Shown here one piece after another: positions 23,400 through 36,837 of a stretch of 64,000 nt of DNA (position 1 is the stretch's first letter; every line of letters begins with the position of its first letter). The DNA comes from Mobula birostris. Taxonomy: Eukaryota. Position numbers and translations under genes: made by a program. The notes beneath the pieces are model-generated. The model made no database searches, was not told where the DNA came from, and saw nothing but the letters and a program-made list of their open reading frames with translations. The stretch covers positions 126,382,221 through 126,446,220 of the forward strand of contig NC_092370.1 of NCBI RefSeq assembly GCF_030028105.1, in the 5' to 3' direction.

Positions 23400-25805
23400 G
23401 AGCAACACACGCAAAATGCTGGAGGTACTCAGCAGGTCAGGCAGCATCTATGGAAATTAATGAACAGTCAACATTTTGAGCTGACAGCCTTCATCAGGAT
23501 TGACAAGGAAGTGGCGGGGGGAGGCGCCAGAGTAAAGAGGTGGGGGGAGGGGAAGGGGGAATAGATAGAAGGTGACAGGTGAAGCCAGGTGGATGGGAAA
23601 GAGAAAGGATTGGAAAGGAAGGAATCTGATAGGAGAGGAGAGTAGTCCATAGGAGAAGGGGAGGGAGGAAGGGACCCAAGGGGAGGTGATAGTCAGTTGA
23701 GAAGAGGTAGGAGGCCAGAGTGGGGAATAGAAGAAAAGAGGATGGGGAGGGAATTTTTTTTAGAGGAAGGAGAAATTGATATTCATGCCATTAAGTTGAA
23801 GACTACCTAGACGAAACATAAGGTGTCACTCCTCCACACTGAGGGTGGCTATGAGAGGAGGTCATGGACCAACATGTCAAAATGGGAAAGGGAATAGGAA
23901 ATAAAATGTCTGGCCACCAGGAAGTTCCACATTAGGGAGATGGGGCGGAGGTGCTCGATGAAGCACTCCCCTGATTTACGATGGGTCTCACCAATGTAGA
24001 GGCCGCTTCAGGAGCACCGAACACAATAGCCAGCCCCAGCAGATCTGCAGGGGAAGTGTTGCCCCACCTGGAAGGACTGTTTGCGGGCCCTGAATGAAGG
24101 TGAGGGAGGAGGTGAATGGGCAGGTGTAGCGCTTTGGCTGCTTGCAGGGATAAGTGCTAGGAGGGAGATCAGTGGAGAGTGATGAATTGACAACGGAATC
24201 AAGGCGGAAGCAATCCCTACAAAAAGCAGAGAGAGGTAGGAGAGGGAAAGATACGTTTGGAGGTAGGATCCCTTTGGAAATGGGAGCAGTTGCAGAGAAT
24301 GATGTGTTGGATGCGGAGGCTCATGGGGTGGTAGCTGAGGACAAGTGGAACTCTACCAGTGTTAGGGGGGCAGGAAGGTGGGGTGAGTGAAGATGTTTGG
24401 GAAGTAGAGAAGATGTGAATGAGGGCAACATCAATAGTGGAGAAAGATAAACCCTGTTTTCTGAAGAAGGACACCTCTAATGTCCTGGAAAGGAGAGCTG
24501 CATGTGGGATTAGATGTGGTGGAGACCAAGGAACTGAGAAACGGGAATACACAAATTGTTGGAGAAACTCAGCAGGTCAGGCAGCATTAATGGATAGGAA
24601 TAAACAGCTGAAGTGTTGGTCTGAAACCCTTCATCAGGACTGGAAAAAAGATGAGAAGTCTGAGAAAGAAGGTGGAGGAGGGGAGAAAGAAATACAAGGT
24701 GGTAGGTGATAGGTGTCTGGGAGGAGAGAAGGGGTGAGGTAAAGAACTGCGAAGCTGTAGGCTGGAAGAGGGGAATTTGATAGGAGAGGGTAGAAGACCA
24801 TGGAAGAAGGCGAAGTAGGAGGAAAACTGGGAGGGGAAGGGGGTGGGATGAGCAGGTAAGGAGAAAGGTGAAAGAGGGAAACAAGAATAGGGAATAGCAA
24901 AGAGGGGGCAATTACCGGAAGCTCAAGAATTCGATGTTTGTGCCTATCTGGCTGGAGTCTACTAAGATGGAATATAAGATGTTGCTCCTCCAACCTGAGT
25001 GTGGCTTCATCGCAGCAGTGGAGGAGGTCATGGGCTGACATGTCAGGATGGGAATGGGAAGTAGAGTTGAAATGGGTGCCTACTGGAAGATCCTACTTTT
25101 TCTGGTGGATGGGGCTTAGTTGCTCAGCAAAGCAGCCTCACAATCTATGTCAGTTCTCACTGGTATAGAGGTGGCCACCAGGAGCAACACCTTATATTCC
25201 ATCGGGGTAGCCTCCAACCTGATGGCAAGAACATCGATTTCTTGAACCTCTGGTTAATAACCCCCCCATCTTCACTGTTCCTCATTCTTGTTTTCCTCTC
25301 TCACACTTTCCTTACCTGCCCATCACCACTCACTAGTACTCCTCCTGCTTCCCTTTCTTCCATGGTCTTCTACCCTCTCCTATCAGATTTCCCCTTCTCC
25401 ATCCCTTTATGTCTTTCAGCAATCAACTTCCATTCTTTACTTCCCCATCCCCCTCTCTCAGTTTTACCTATCACCTTATATCTCTTCCTCCCTTACTGGT
25501 CACTGCCTTCTTACTCTGACTTCTCATCTTTTTTTTTCCAATCCTGATGAAGCCATTCAGAAGCATTGATTTCCACAGATGCTGCCTGGCCGGCTGAGTT
25601 CCTCCAGTATTGTGTATGTCTTGCCTTGGATTTCCAGCACCTGCAGATTTTCTGGTGCTTGTGAGAAAAGGCAATAGCATTTTTACAGTAAACAGGGTGG
25701 GAAGAGGTATAGTCAAGATAACCATGGGAATCAGTAGGATTATAAAAGCTGTTGGTCGAAAGTTTATCTCCAGAGTTGGAGGTAGAGAGATTGAGAAAGG
25801 GGAGG
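23400..25805 (-). mobile_element. PLE (older subfamily), 5'-truncated, interrupted by 24550-25661
   Basis: Tail at 23400 with decayed hammerhead (about 23466-23500); GIY-YIG remnant; RVPLVLSYHP...HIILCN..HFQRDP; resumes at 25662. Confidence 0.8.
24550..25661. mobile_element. Inverted two-arm PLE insertion nested in a PLE
   Basis: Minus arm about 24550-25180 and plus arm about 25181-25661 with complete end; TSD TGAGAAACGGGAATA (24535-24549) / TGAGAAAAGGCAATA (25662-25676). Confidence 0.8.
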
Positions 25806-28084
25806 GAGGGAATTCAACATTAATGCCATTGAGCTGTAGACTATCCAGATGGAATATGAGTTTCTGTTCCTCTAGTTTGCATTTAACCTCACCCTGGAAT
25901 TCAATGAGGCTAAGAAAAGACAGATCTGTGTGAGAATGACAAGGGGAATTAAAACGCCTTGTAACTGGGTGCTCTGGCAGGCCATTGTGGAAGAAGTGCA
26001 GGTGCTCAGTGCCAAGGGAAGATCTGCTTGTCATGATGAATGAAGATTTTTTATAGCTGCTAGCTTCAATGCCTCCAGTGACTCAATTCCCAGTAACAGC
26101 AGCCACCTGCAAGCTCAGGATGATCCTTGTGGACTAACCTCAGGTGTAGTAAGAACGCAAATAGCTAGTCTATGTTTGTTTTCTCCAGAGTACTATGAGC
26201 AGTGAGTGCAGCACCAATTTGCTTCACTTGGAAGGAGATGGCTCTGGTAGGTTGGGGATAAAAGAGGAAATGTCACATCTGATGCTCTTAGATCTTAGAG
26301 AGCACATTTTCACTGCTTTTTGGGTTGCTTTTCTCCCTTACTTAAATTATCTGACCTCTGCCAATGCTCCCAACCTGAAATATTCCAGAGTATCCCCTGA
26401 GGAAGACAACAAGAACTCATTATGCACAAGCTCATGGTACAGAATCTGCATCCTGACACTTCTTGACAAATGGATTTCAGAGTCGATGCATCATAAGGCA
26501 ATGTCACCTCTGTGCTAATACATCATTCAGTTCTATGGGTCAATCTTTCTGTCCTCCAAGGTTCAATTGTTTCAATCACAGCTGTAAAATAATGTTTAAT
26601 CTAAAGGTGCACTGGAGCTGTGCAGTTTTTATCGAACTCCTTTGCTAAGGTGAGGGTTGTATTTACTGTTCTCCATGTGATAATTTGACAACGCCAACCA
26701 AACACTGGAAGGACGCATAGGGAGATATCTGGGAGAAGAAATTCACCTTAGGCCACGGAGTGTTGGCCAAAGTATTCTCCATATGTAGGTATGTAGGTGG
26801 TGATAAATATCGAAGGTCTTGTTGAAATTTTGATGAGAAATGCTCTCAGGGAGGATCTAGAGGGAGGAAAGGAATTGCTCTGTCTAGACTCGATGGGCCA
26901 AATGATCTACTTCAATGTCATAAGCAAGTATTAAAGTCCCCTAGTTCAGGACATACTGCAGAGCACTACAGCCATAGAAATACTAATGAAGTTGCTATCT
27001 TAACACAGATAATACTGGGTAGTTTCTAAACAGCAAGTTCCCATAAAGACTAACTAAATTTTGATCAGACGGTTCTGTCTTTTCACTCATAGGTTAGCCC
27101 TCGATGAATAGAGGCTCATCAACAAGAAGAAAAGAAAATTCAATAGGAAAGAGCAGTAAACTGATTAAATTTAGGGAGATTCAGTTCAATTTGATGACGT
27201 ACTCTGCAAGTACAAAGTAATTTTAGAGATGTGCAATCGAACTAAGATGATAATACTTGTGTAGTTGAATCTGTGATGCATTTGCAAAGCTATTGACAAA
27301 CCGGAAGAGTGCAAGAGGGCAGGAAGGAAGGCATCTGTCCTCAGGCGACATGAACTTTGCAAGTGACCTTGCTCCCTTACTTCCAATTGGGGAACAGCAA
27401 GCCTGCTGGGAGTGCCCCCATTCCCACCCCTGCCTCTTCACCTCTCAGACAAAAGTATGCCTCTGTCTTCTTGTGTGCAATCGCAGAAAAGAGGACTGTT
27501 GGGTGTGTAAAAATGTATAGACAGAAGGTGCCTTGTTGGAACCATGAGCAGACTGCTGATCATAAATTAAAGCAGGATCTAAAGGCAGCAGATCTCCTCA
27601 GTCCAATAATCTGCCATCATTAGCGCCACAGTTTTATCACAAAGTGTACAAGTGACCCTCAGTGTACAGTGGTAAATTGCTTTACATTTTGAAATCCTCA
27701 GTGCTGCCATACCTCACATTAGATATAGTTGCCTTAATTCAGTTTGCATATCTAATGATTAATGAGAGGTATCTTTGAATTTGGACAGAACTGACTTATG
27801 AGGCCCTGGAGCACAGAAATAAAATTCAAGTGTGTACAGAATGTTAGTTTTACAATTGGCTGGTTAGTCATGCAACAGAAAATATTCTGATCAAAGTAGA
27901 TCTGAAAATATATTAACTCTCTTAGTTGCGTTGAAGTTACGCTGCAGAAATAAATCATTATGTCTATAGTGGGTCAGTGTCAGAATGGATGAATCTTGCT
28001 CATTATTTGTTATCTACCCTTATCACCACATCATTATTGTCAAGGAAGGGATTCGAATAACACCACAGTACGTACAATATATCA

Positions 28085-28450
28085 AGAAGACTGAGCGGGT
28101 TGTATACTCAGCCAGGTTCCTCACAGACACAACCTTTACCACAGTTGAGGACACCATCAAGAGACTGTGTGCTTCAAGAAGACACTTCTAAGGACCCTCA
28201 CCATCCAGGACAAGCCCTCTTCCTGTAATAATCATTGAGGAGGATGTACAAGATCCCCACTCAGTGATTCAGAAACAGCTTCGTTCTTTCCACCATAAGA
28301 TTTCTCATCAATCTGTGAACATTACTTCCTTATTTCTTCTTTTTGCACTTTTTTGTTTGTAGTTTAGAGTAATTTCATGTCTTTACGGCATACTGCTGCT
28401 GCTGAACAGTGAATTCACATCATGTCAGTCAGTGACAATAAATCTAATTC
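28085..28450 (+). mobile_element. Rex1/Babar-type LINE 3' fragment
   Basis: KDPHHPG motif and 3' UTR ending GACAATAAATCTAATTC. Confidence 0.65.
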
Positions 28451-28709
28451 CATTTCTGGGTACATACTGAGCTTCCTTCAAATTTCACCTGTGCTGCTCA
28501 CCTCAACTATTGTCAGAGGTAACAAGTTCTGCATTCGCTCCATGGCCAGTTGCAGAATAGTCTCAAAAGGTCATTGAGGACACAAGTAACACAGCCTGCA
28601 AATAAATTTGATCCAAAGCCAGATAACGTAGATAATTATTTTTATTATGCTGGTGTTCTGAAGAAACTGTCAAAGGATTCTGTATTTTATTCCTTCATGT
28701 GATTCACAT

Positions 28710-29920
28710 CGAGGAGGTTACCAAGAAAGTAGATGAAGGAAAGGCTGTGGATGTTGTCTACATGGAATTTAGTAAGGCCTTTGACAAGGTCCCACATGGG
28801 AAGTTAGTTCAGAAGTTTCAGACACTAGGTATCCATGGAAAGGTTTAAACTGGATTCGAAATTGGCTGTGTGGGAGAAGACAGAGAGTGGTAGTGGATGT
28901 TTGCTTCTCAGACTGGAGGCCTGTGACTAGTGGTGTGCCTCAGGGATCTGTGCTGGGACCATTGTTGATTGTTGTCTTTCTCAATGATCTAGATGATAAT
29001 GTGGTAAAATGAATCAGCAAGTTTACTGATGGCACTAAGATTGGAGGTGTTGTGGACAGCGAGGAAGGCTTTCAAAAGGAGGGATCTGGACCAACTGGAA
29101 AAATGGGCCAGAAAATGGCAGATGGAATTTAATGCAGACAAGTGTGAGGGTGTTGCATTTTGGAAGGACAAATCAAGATAGGACATACGCAGTAAATGGG
29201 AGGGCACTGAGGAGTGTGGAGGAACAAAGGGATCTGGGAGTTCAGGTACATAATTCCCAGAAAGTGACATCACAGGTAGACAGGGTTGTAGAGAAGGCTT
29301 TTGGCATCCTGGCATTCATAAATCAAAGCATTGAGTATAGGAGTTTGGATGTTATGGTGAGGTTGTATAAGACATTGGTGAGGCCAAATTTGGAGTATTG
29401 TGTGCAGTTCTGGTCATCTAACTATAGGAAGGATATCAGTAAGATTGAAAGAGTCCAGAGAAGATTTACTAGGATGTTACCAGGTCTTCAGGAGTTGAGT
29501 TACAGGGAAAGATTGAACAGGTTAGGACTTTATTCCTTGGAGTGTAGAAGAATGAGGGGGGATTTGATAGAGGTTTACAAAATTATGAGGGGTATAGACA
29601 GAATAAATGCAAGTAGGCTCTTTCCACTTACACTAGGAGAGATAAATATGAGAGGACATGGCTTTAGGGTGAAAAGGGAAAGGTTAGGAATATTAGGGTG
29701 AACTTCTTCACTCAGAGAGTGTTGGGAGTGTGGAACGAGCTGCCATCTGATGTGGTAAATGTGTGTTCACTCTTAAGAATAAATTGGATAGATACATGGA
29801 TGCGAGAGGTCTGGAGGGTTATGGACTGGGTGCAGGTCAATGGGACTAGCGGAATAAAGTTTCGGCACAGACTAGAAGGGCTGAATGGCCTGTTTTCTGT
29901 GCTGTAGTGTTCTATGGTTC
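28710..29920 (+). mobile_element. CR1 LINE RT-to-3' end, well preserved
   Basis: [59 protein letters not shown]; TTCTATGGTTCT tail. Confidence 0.95.
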
Positions 29921-30054
29921 TGTGGTACATCATCAGCATGAACAAGTTTTATTGCTCATCCCCAGGTGCTCTTGAGAATGTGCTGGTGAAGGTATGATTA
30001 AGGAAGGAACTCCAGGGCATTGACCACAAGCTGATGCTTGCAATGTTTTTTTTA

Positions 30055-30570
30055 TTGTGTACAGTTTTGGTTACACTGTGAGAAGAAAGATATCATTAAA
30101 CTGGAAAGAGTCCTGAGAAGGTTTATGATGATGCTGTCAGCACATTAGGGTATGTGCTATAGGAAGAATTTGGGCAGACTAGGACTTTCTTCTTTGAAAC
30201 ATAGGAGACCGAAGGGTGACATTTTAAAAGTGTATAAAATCATGAGAGGGTATATATGGAGTGAATGCACATAGTCTTTTTGTTTGCCAGGAATAGAAAC
30301 CTAAAAATTACAGGGCATAGGTTTAAGGTGAGAGGTGAAAGGTTTCAAAGGGACCTGAGGTTCTTCATGCAGAGGATGGTGCATATATGGAATGAATTGC
30401 CAGAGGAAGTGCTTTGAGGCAGGCACAATAACAACACGTAAGAGATTTGAATAAGTACTGTACATATTTAAGAGGGTTTTGAGGGATAGGGGTCAAAAAT
30501 GGGACTAGCATCATGGTTGGTATGGATGAGTTGGGCCTTTTACCATGCTGTATTACCCTATGACTCTATA
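30055..30570 (+). mobile_element. CR1 LINE 3' fragment
   Basis: VQFWLH...KDIIKLERV, GHRFKVRGERFQRDLR, WNELPEEV. Confidence 0.8.
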
Positions 30571-31099
30571 ATTTACTAACAAAATGTTTCATTCTCCAGG
30601 AATAATAAACTGGGGAGAAAATTGTCCTTGCCTAGCAGCATTTGTAGCAGTTTAGAAATGGCCACCTCTGTTCCGGAATTCCTGAAATCCAGTGAAGTTG
30701 AAACCAATGCAAATTTAAGAAAAGGAGCACAATAGTAGTTTCATTCTACAGTAGGTCAAGCGTGACACACGTAGAATGAACTTCATGGTCATAAAGTCTC
30801 CTGAGAGAACACTTTGAAATTAGTATGTAGATTCCTTTGGGTGCGTCACCAGCCAACATGACTCTCCGCCACCTTGCTCCTGACACTATCGATGTCCTTA
30901 CCCTTGTGATCCCTTTATTGTCTCAGAAACTACCCACTCTCATATTTACTTCTTCCTTACAATATACAAGACTATTTCTGGCCGTTTAGTCTATATTGTT
31001 TCACAGAGAACTCCTCCAGCTATTTTCCCCATATTCTCATCGACCCAGATTTTATAGATCATCTACTCACTAAGGGCAATTTTCAGGGGGTAATTAGCC

Positions 31100-32120
31100 T
31101 AACAACACTCACAAAACACTGGAGAAACCCAGAAACATCATCAGGATGAAGGGTCTTGGCCCAAAATGTTGACTGTTCATTTTCCTTCATTGATACTGCC
31201 TGGGCAGCTGAGTTCCTCTAGGTTTCCAGCATTATGCATTCTCTTTTGTGTCTACATTTCTTTGGGATGTGGGAGGGAACCAGCGCACACTGGAGAGGGC
31301 AAGAGGAGATTCACCAAGATGTTACCTGAGAAAGAACTTTTTAGTTAGTGGGAGAGACTGAAGAGGCTTGGCCCATTTTCCCTTGAGCCTGCGTGGCCTA
31401 CAACCTGATGCAATGAATATTGAGTTTTCTGATTTTAGTTAATTTCCCCTTGTCTTTCCTTTTTCCCTGTCTCCCCCGTCTCCTTCTGATCCGCCCATTT
31501 TTGCTTCACTTCCCACTGTCCCCCCATCCCCTTTCACCGGTCTTTGTTCCCAATCTCCTCAATATTTCACTAACATCACTATGCTCACCCCCAATCCCAC
31601 CACCACCAACAATTTCCACCTGGTTCCAACAATTGTCCACCCTTTCCTTCTCCTCTACTGGCTCCCATTCTCATCTTCTTTACTTACTGGAATCCAGCAC
31701 TGGTGTTCCTGTTTATCGTCCTCCAGCATCGACCTCCAGTCTCCCCTCTCCTCCTTGCTCCATCTTTTGTCTAACAGTAACACATACAAAAAATACTGGA
31801 AGAATTTAGGTTGCATCTATGGAGGGGAATAAGTAATCAGCTTTTCAGGCCAGGACCCTTCATCAAAACTGGCTCTATCTGTTTCATTTTCCTCAATCTC
31901 TTTGTCTGCCTCCACCTATCATTCTCCTGTCACAGTCTTCCTACTCTACTCCCACTCACCTCCCCAGCCTGGCTCCACCTACTTGTCATCTACACTTCTT
32001 CTCAGTGAAGCAATCTCCTCAAAGTCTTCTCTTCCCATTCTCCTTCTCCTCTCTACGCAGACCATCCTGTATCTCCACTCTCAGTCCTAAAGCAGGATTT
32101 CAGCCTGAAACGTTGACAAT
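31100..32120. mobile_element. Cluster of old PLE tail fragments in both orientations plus a SINE remnant
   Basis: Decayed hammerhead motifs at about 31143-31175 (+), 31843-31872 (-) and 32083-32118 (+); CTACAACCTGATG...ATGAATATTGAG GIY-YIG end at about 31400. Confidence 0.6.
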
Positions 32121-32175
32121 TTACAGCTTGTACAACAAGTCAAAATTTTAAAGTGATTGGAGCAAAGACTCCTGG

Positions 32176-32885
32176 CAATGTGGAGGATCAGAGGGATCTT
32201 GGGGTCCGAGTCCATAGGACGCCTAAAGCTGCTGTGCAGGTTGACTCTGTGGTTAAGAAAGCATACAGTGCATCAGCCTTCATCAATTGTGGGAATGAGT
32301 TTAGGAGCTGAGAGGTAATGTTAAAGCTATATAGGACTCTGGTCAGACCCCACTTGGAGTACTGTGCTCAGTTCTGGTATCTTCACTATAGGAAGGACGT
32401 GGAAACAATAGAAAGGGTGCAGAGGAGATTTACAAGGATCTTGCCTGGATTGAGGAGCATGCCTTATGAGAATAGGTTGAGTGAACTCAGTCTTCATTCC
32501 TCGGAGCGACAGAGGATGAGAGGTGACCTTTTAGAGGTGTACAAGATGATGAGAGGCATTGATCGTGTGGATAGTCAGAGGCTTTTTCCCAGGGCTGAAA
32601 TGGCTGGCATGAGAGGGCACAGTTTTAAAGCGCTTGGAATCAGGTACAGAGGAGATACTAGGGGTAAGTTTTTTACACAGAGAGTGGTGACTTTGTGGAA
32701 TAGGCTGCCGGCGATAGTGGTGGAGGTGGATATGATAGGGTCTTTTAAGAGACTCCTGGACAGTTATATGGAGCTCAGTAAAACAGAGGGCTATGGGACC
32801 CTAGGTAATTTCTCAGTTAAGGGCATGCTTGGCACAGCTTTGTGGGCCGAAGTGCCTGTATTGTGCTGTAGGTTCTCTATGTTTT
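32176..32885 (+). mobile_element. CR1 LINE 3' fragment
   Basis: MLKLYRTLVRPHLEYCAQFW...GDLLEVYKMMRGIDRVDSQRLFP...FFTQRVV. Confidence 0.93.
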
Positions 32886-34179
32886 TATTGAAAGGATATC
32901 AGAAACAAGAGAGGGTCTGTTGTTTCTGTCCCGATAATAGCTCTTGGCTCGAAATATCAATGTTAACACTTTTCCATAAATGCTGCCTGGCCTGCTTAGG
33001 TGCCTTCAGCATTTTGTGTGCGTCACTGAGGGGATATCAGAGGTACTTTGGAACAATACACCATCAGCCAGGACAATCTGTACCGTATTTCAGAGCTGAA
33101 GTCTCTACATCATCACTTAACCACATGGCACTCCATCTGTGAAATTCATTTCACTGACTCGCAGTGAAATCCAGTCTCAGGTAAGTCCCAATCTTCATTG
33201 GAGAAAGAAGTAAAAGGTCTCAGTCTCAAATCTCCGTTTGCTGAGTTCACACAGTATCTGCCAATACATCATATCTGAACTGCCATTTTAACCCAGGGTC
33301 TGATTACTGGTGAAATCTATAGGAGGAAACCTAGTGGAAGTGCAGCAGGAGCCTAGAGAGCTGAATGTCGTATTACATCCAATGGGTACTGCCAACTTTC
33401 CATCCCAAACCACCTCATGAAGTTACCTTGATCCAGGACAACACCTATTTACATTTGGAATCTTCTTCAGCGCAGTGTCCCTCCAAATCTTACCTCCTGA
33501 TAATACGTTTAATGACACCACTAGTTTATCTTCAACTCCTTTTTAAATCTTTTCTCTCTCACCTTATCATCTATCCCTATAAAACTATCAGTGACAGTCT
33601 TCAATCAATTGGCCTATTCATAATATTTAATATTTAAAGTCTTTTCATAATATTTAAACCTTACAACACAGAGCTTTTCTTATTTGCTATTGATCTTGTG
33701 GATGCTATTACTACATTGAAAATAACTCCCCATTGCATATCCTGATGCGTTTAGCTGTGGTGGTTGTGCTGCGCTAATATTATCAGTTACAGGATATATG
33801 AGCATCAATCTAGAATGTTTTTCCTCACCCCATGATGTAATGATGCTACTATGACCTCTGACCATGTGACTACTTTATATAACCAAATGCAGATACACCA
33901 CACTCCCCATGAAAGGAAGTTATTGCTGCTCCATCTCCGTTCATTATTGCTCCTACTTGCCTCGCTGACAGGGATTACAGCAACATCTGGAAAGAATTCA
34001 ATCCTAAACATGTAAATGCAAATGAATTAAAATCTGAGCTTTGTTGCTTGACATGTCTCCACAACCCAACACTCCTTTCATATTGCTCCCATCATGAATT
34101 CAGAATGACAGCCGAATTTTTGCCACAGTCTTGTAGGAAAAATTAATGAATTTTGGCAGTTTTATTTTTCCAGGAGAAT

Positions 34180-35320
34180 TGGTAAAAATATGGCAGATGG
34201 AATACGCTGTTGTGAAGTGTGCAGTCATGCACTTTGGTAGAAGAAATAAAGGTGCAGACTATTTTTCTAAATGGAGAGAAAATTCAAAAATCCAAGATAC
34301 AAAGGGACTCATGCAGAATTCCTTAAAGGTTAATTTGCAGGTTGAGTCAGTGGTGAGCAAGGCAAACGTATGTTAGCATTCATTTTGAGAGGACGAGAAT
34401 ATAAAAGTAGCAATGTAATGTTGAGGCTTAATAAGGCACTGGTAAGGTCTCACTTAGAATAATATGAGCAGTTTTGGACCCCTTATCTAAGAAAGTGGAT
34501 AGTGTGGTAGGATGTCTCTACTAAAAGAGGTGTAAGATGTTCCTTTCCTCTGCTAGCCTGCAAGTTATCCTTGGGCAAGGTATAGCACCTGCTTAACCCC
34601 GTGATCAGGGTCACATTAAGCCATGGGATCAGGTGATGGATGGTCATGTGAGAAGCTAGTCTTGGTTATGCGAGCACTGACACCAGGCAGACAATCTCTG
34701 AAGAGTAGTGCTAATGGCTGGGGTCATCGTTTTTGTAAAGACACTGCTCTGAAGAAGACAAGAGTAAACCACTTCTGTAGAAAATTTTGCCAAGAACAAT
34801 CATGGTCAGAGAAAGACCACGATTACCCACATCATAGAGCATGTCACAAAATGATGGTGATGATATTTAAGAAAGGATGTGCTGACATTGGAGAGAGTTC
34901 AAAAGAGGTTCACGCAAATGATTCCAGGAATGAAAGGGATACCATGTGTGTAGCGATTGGTGGCTCTTGGCATGCACTCAGAAGAATGAGGGAAGATCTC
35001 ATTGAAACCTATTGAATATTGAAAGGCCTTGATGGATAGATGTTAAGAGGATGTTTCCTATGGTGGGGGAGTCCGAATAGAGATACATCCATTTAGAATG
35101 GAGATGAGGAGGAATTTCTTTAGCTGGAGAGTGGTGAATCTGTGGAATGCGCAGCCACAGGCATTGAGTATATTTAAGGTGGAGGTTGATAGATTCTTGA
35201 GGGGTTACAGGGAGAAGGTGGGAAATTGGGGCTGAGAGGGAAATGGATCAGCTGTGATTAATTGGCAGAGAACACTCGATGGGCCAGATGGCCTAATTCT
35301 ACTTCTATGTCTCATGGTCT
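34180..35320 (+). mobile_element. CR1 LINE 3' fragment interrupted by an RTE-type SINE
   Basis: WQMEY...KCAVMHFGRRNKG; the reading PYLRK|DVLTLERVQ is split by the insertion. Confidence 0.8.
34496..34863 (+). mobile_element. Non-autonomous bipartite RTE-derived short retroposon (Bov-A-like architecture)
   Basis: TSD TATCTAAGAAAG (34484-95) / TATTTAAGAAAG (34864-75); RTE 5'-UTR-like motif GTAAACCACTTCTGTA...TTGCCAAGAA; RTE-like 3' end and (ATG)n tail. Confidence 0.75.
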
Positions 35321-35844
35321 TATTTTAGGCTTGAATTTGAGCTTTCCTCCTTGATGATGAAATCATTCATTTAATATGCAATTAATATGGAAACCTTATT
35401 CTCAGGGAGCTAGTGGTTTGAGTGGACCAAATCAAATCAAAAACATTTATTCTTTAAACTGAAAATGAGTTATTGAATAAAACAAGCCTTGTAGTGGACC
35501 TTTATCTGATTTGGATTAAAGCCAACAGAACAATGATATAGTCAATAAACAAAGTACTAATGGGAGAAATTTTGTCTTTTCACCAACTATTTATGGGAAA
35601 AATGAAAATATTGGATAAGAAGTGGGTGACATAGCATGTCACCTTAACAAAGGTTGATAAAACTGATCACTATTTATGAAGCATGTATTTGATGAAAGTG
35701 ATTTAGAGAGCTAAACACTATTCATGGAGAGGTTGAGGAGTCTACCCTTTCCATGATACATTTGAACTGCAATAGAATAAATGCTGTTTAATGGTTTAAT
35801 TGTGTTTGTTAATGAAGAAGCTTAATGCTGATCAGCATCATCAG

Positions 35845-36160
35845 AGGTGGCACTCTTGGCCAATATATACCTCTCAACCAACATTCGCAAAACACAAGAA
35901 GTGGGAAATTCATTCTCATTTGAAATAAATTTCTGAGGTAATGGCATTACACGTGATACAACTATCAAAATATTTAATATGGCTGACTGCAGAATGATTT
36001 TTTTCAATCATACACTATAGACTTTACATTGCTACTTATGGGAGCTTGCTGCATACAAATTCCTCCTTTCCTGCTTCCTGCCTTTACTTTTCTTTTTGGG
36101 AAGAATTTATTGTATGTCATATACAGTGTTACTGACAACTTCCTAACACTGAAACAGTGA
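35845..36160 (+). mobile_element. Highly degenerate Deu-type (SacSINE1-like) SINE remnant
   Basis: CTTGGCCAATATATACCTCTCAACCAACAT and ATTGCT...TGGGAGCTTGCTGCATACAAAT blocks resemble the Deu-SINE body as I recall it. Confidence 0.4.
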
Positions 36161-36434
36161 TCTTTGTCTTTGGCTGAGTTTGTGCATAAGATCTGATGCG
36201 TGTATTATAAATATTCATAAATTCTGGGAAAATTCCAAATACATTTAACATCAGAGGCTCTCAATCTTTCATGTTGTAGCCTGCTTCAGAGGAAACCAAG
36301 TAATCATCATTTTAATCATAAACACTAAAAGTTATTGCTTTTATAATTGCATCCCTCTTCTAAATCTAACTTGGATTCAAATTTGCCTTGGACATAGAAG
36401 ACCTAGAGAGATATTATTCAAACTGGAGATCAAT

Positions 36435-36835
36435 GAGCAATGGTGTTCCACAGAGATCAGAGCTGGAAGTTCTGTTTTTTTGCAACATATATAAATGATT
36501 TGCATGAAAATGTAGATAGGCAGATGAGTAAGTTGCACATTATGCAAAAAAAATGGCAGAGTGTGGATGGTGTGGATGATGTGGAAGGTTGTCAAAAGAT
36601 TCAGCATGATAAAGATTTCTTGTAAATGTGGGCAGAAAAATGGCAGATGGAGTTTAATTCAGACTAGTGCAAGTTGTGGTACTTTAAGAGACTGAATGTA
36701 AGAAGAAAGTATATCATAAGTGGCAGGTCTCTTCAGGGCATTGATGTACAGAGGAATCTTAGGGTGCATTTCCAAAGCACACTGAAAGTGGCATCACAAG
36801 TAGATAGAATTGTAAAGAAAGCTTGCAGCTTGCCT
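36435..36835 (+). mobile_element. CR1 LINE RT fragment
   Basis: YINDLHEN, WAEKWQMEFN, QRNLRVH motifs. Confidence 0.75.
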
Positions 36836-36837
36836 TC

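Larger units (their letters stand above)
21575..26010 (-). mobile_element. Old PLE 3' fragment hosting a nested stack (pieces at about 21575-21919, 23259-23399, 25806-26010)
   Basis: Purine-rich UTR on the plus strand; GIY-YIG C-terminus EHPVTRRFNSPCHSHTDLS...KLEEQKLIFHLDSLQLNGIN at 25810-26000. Confidence 0.6.
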
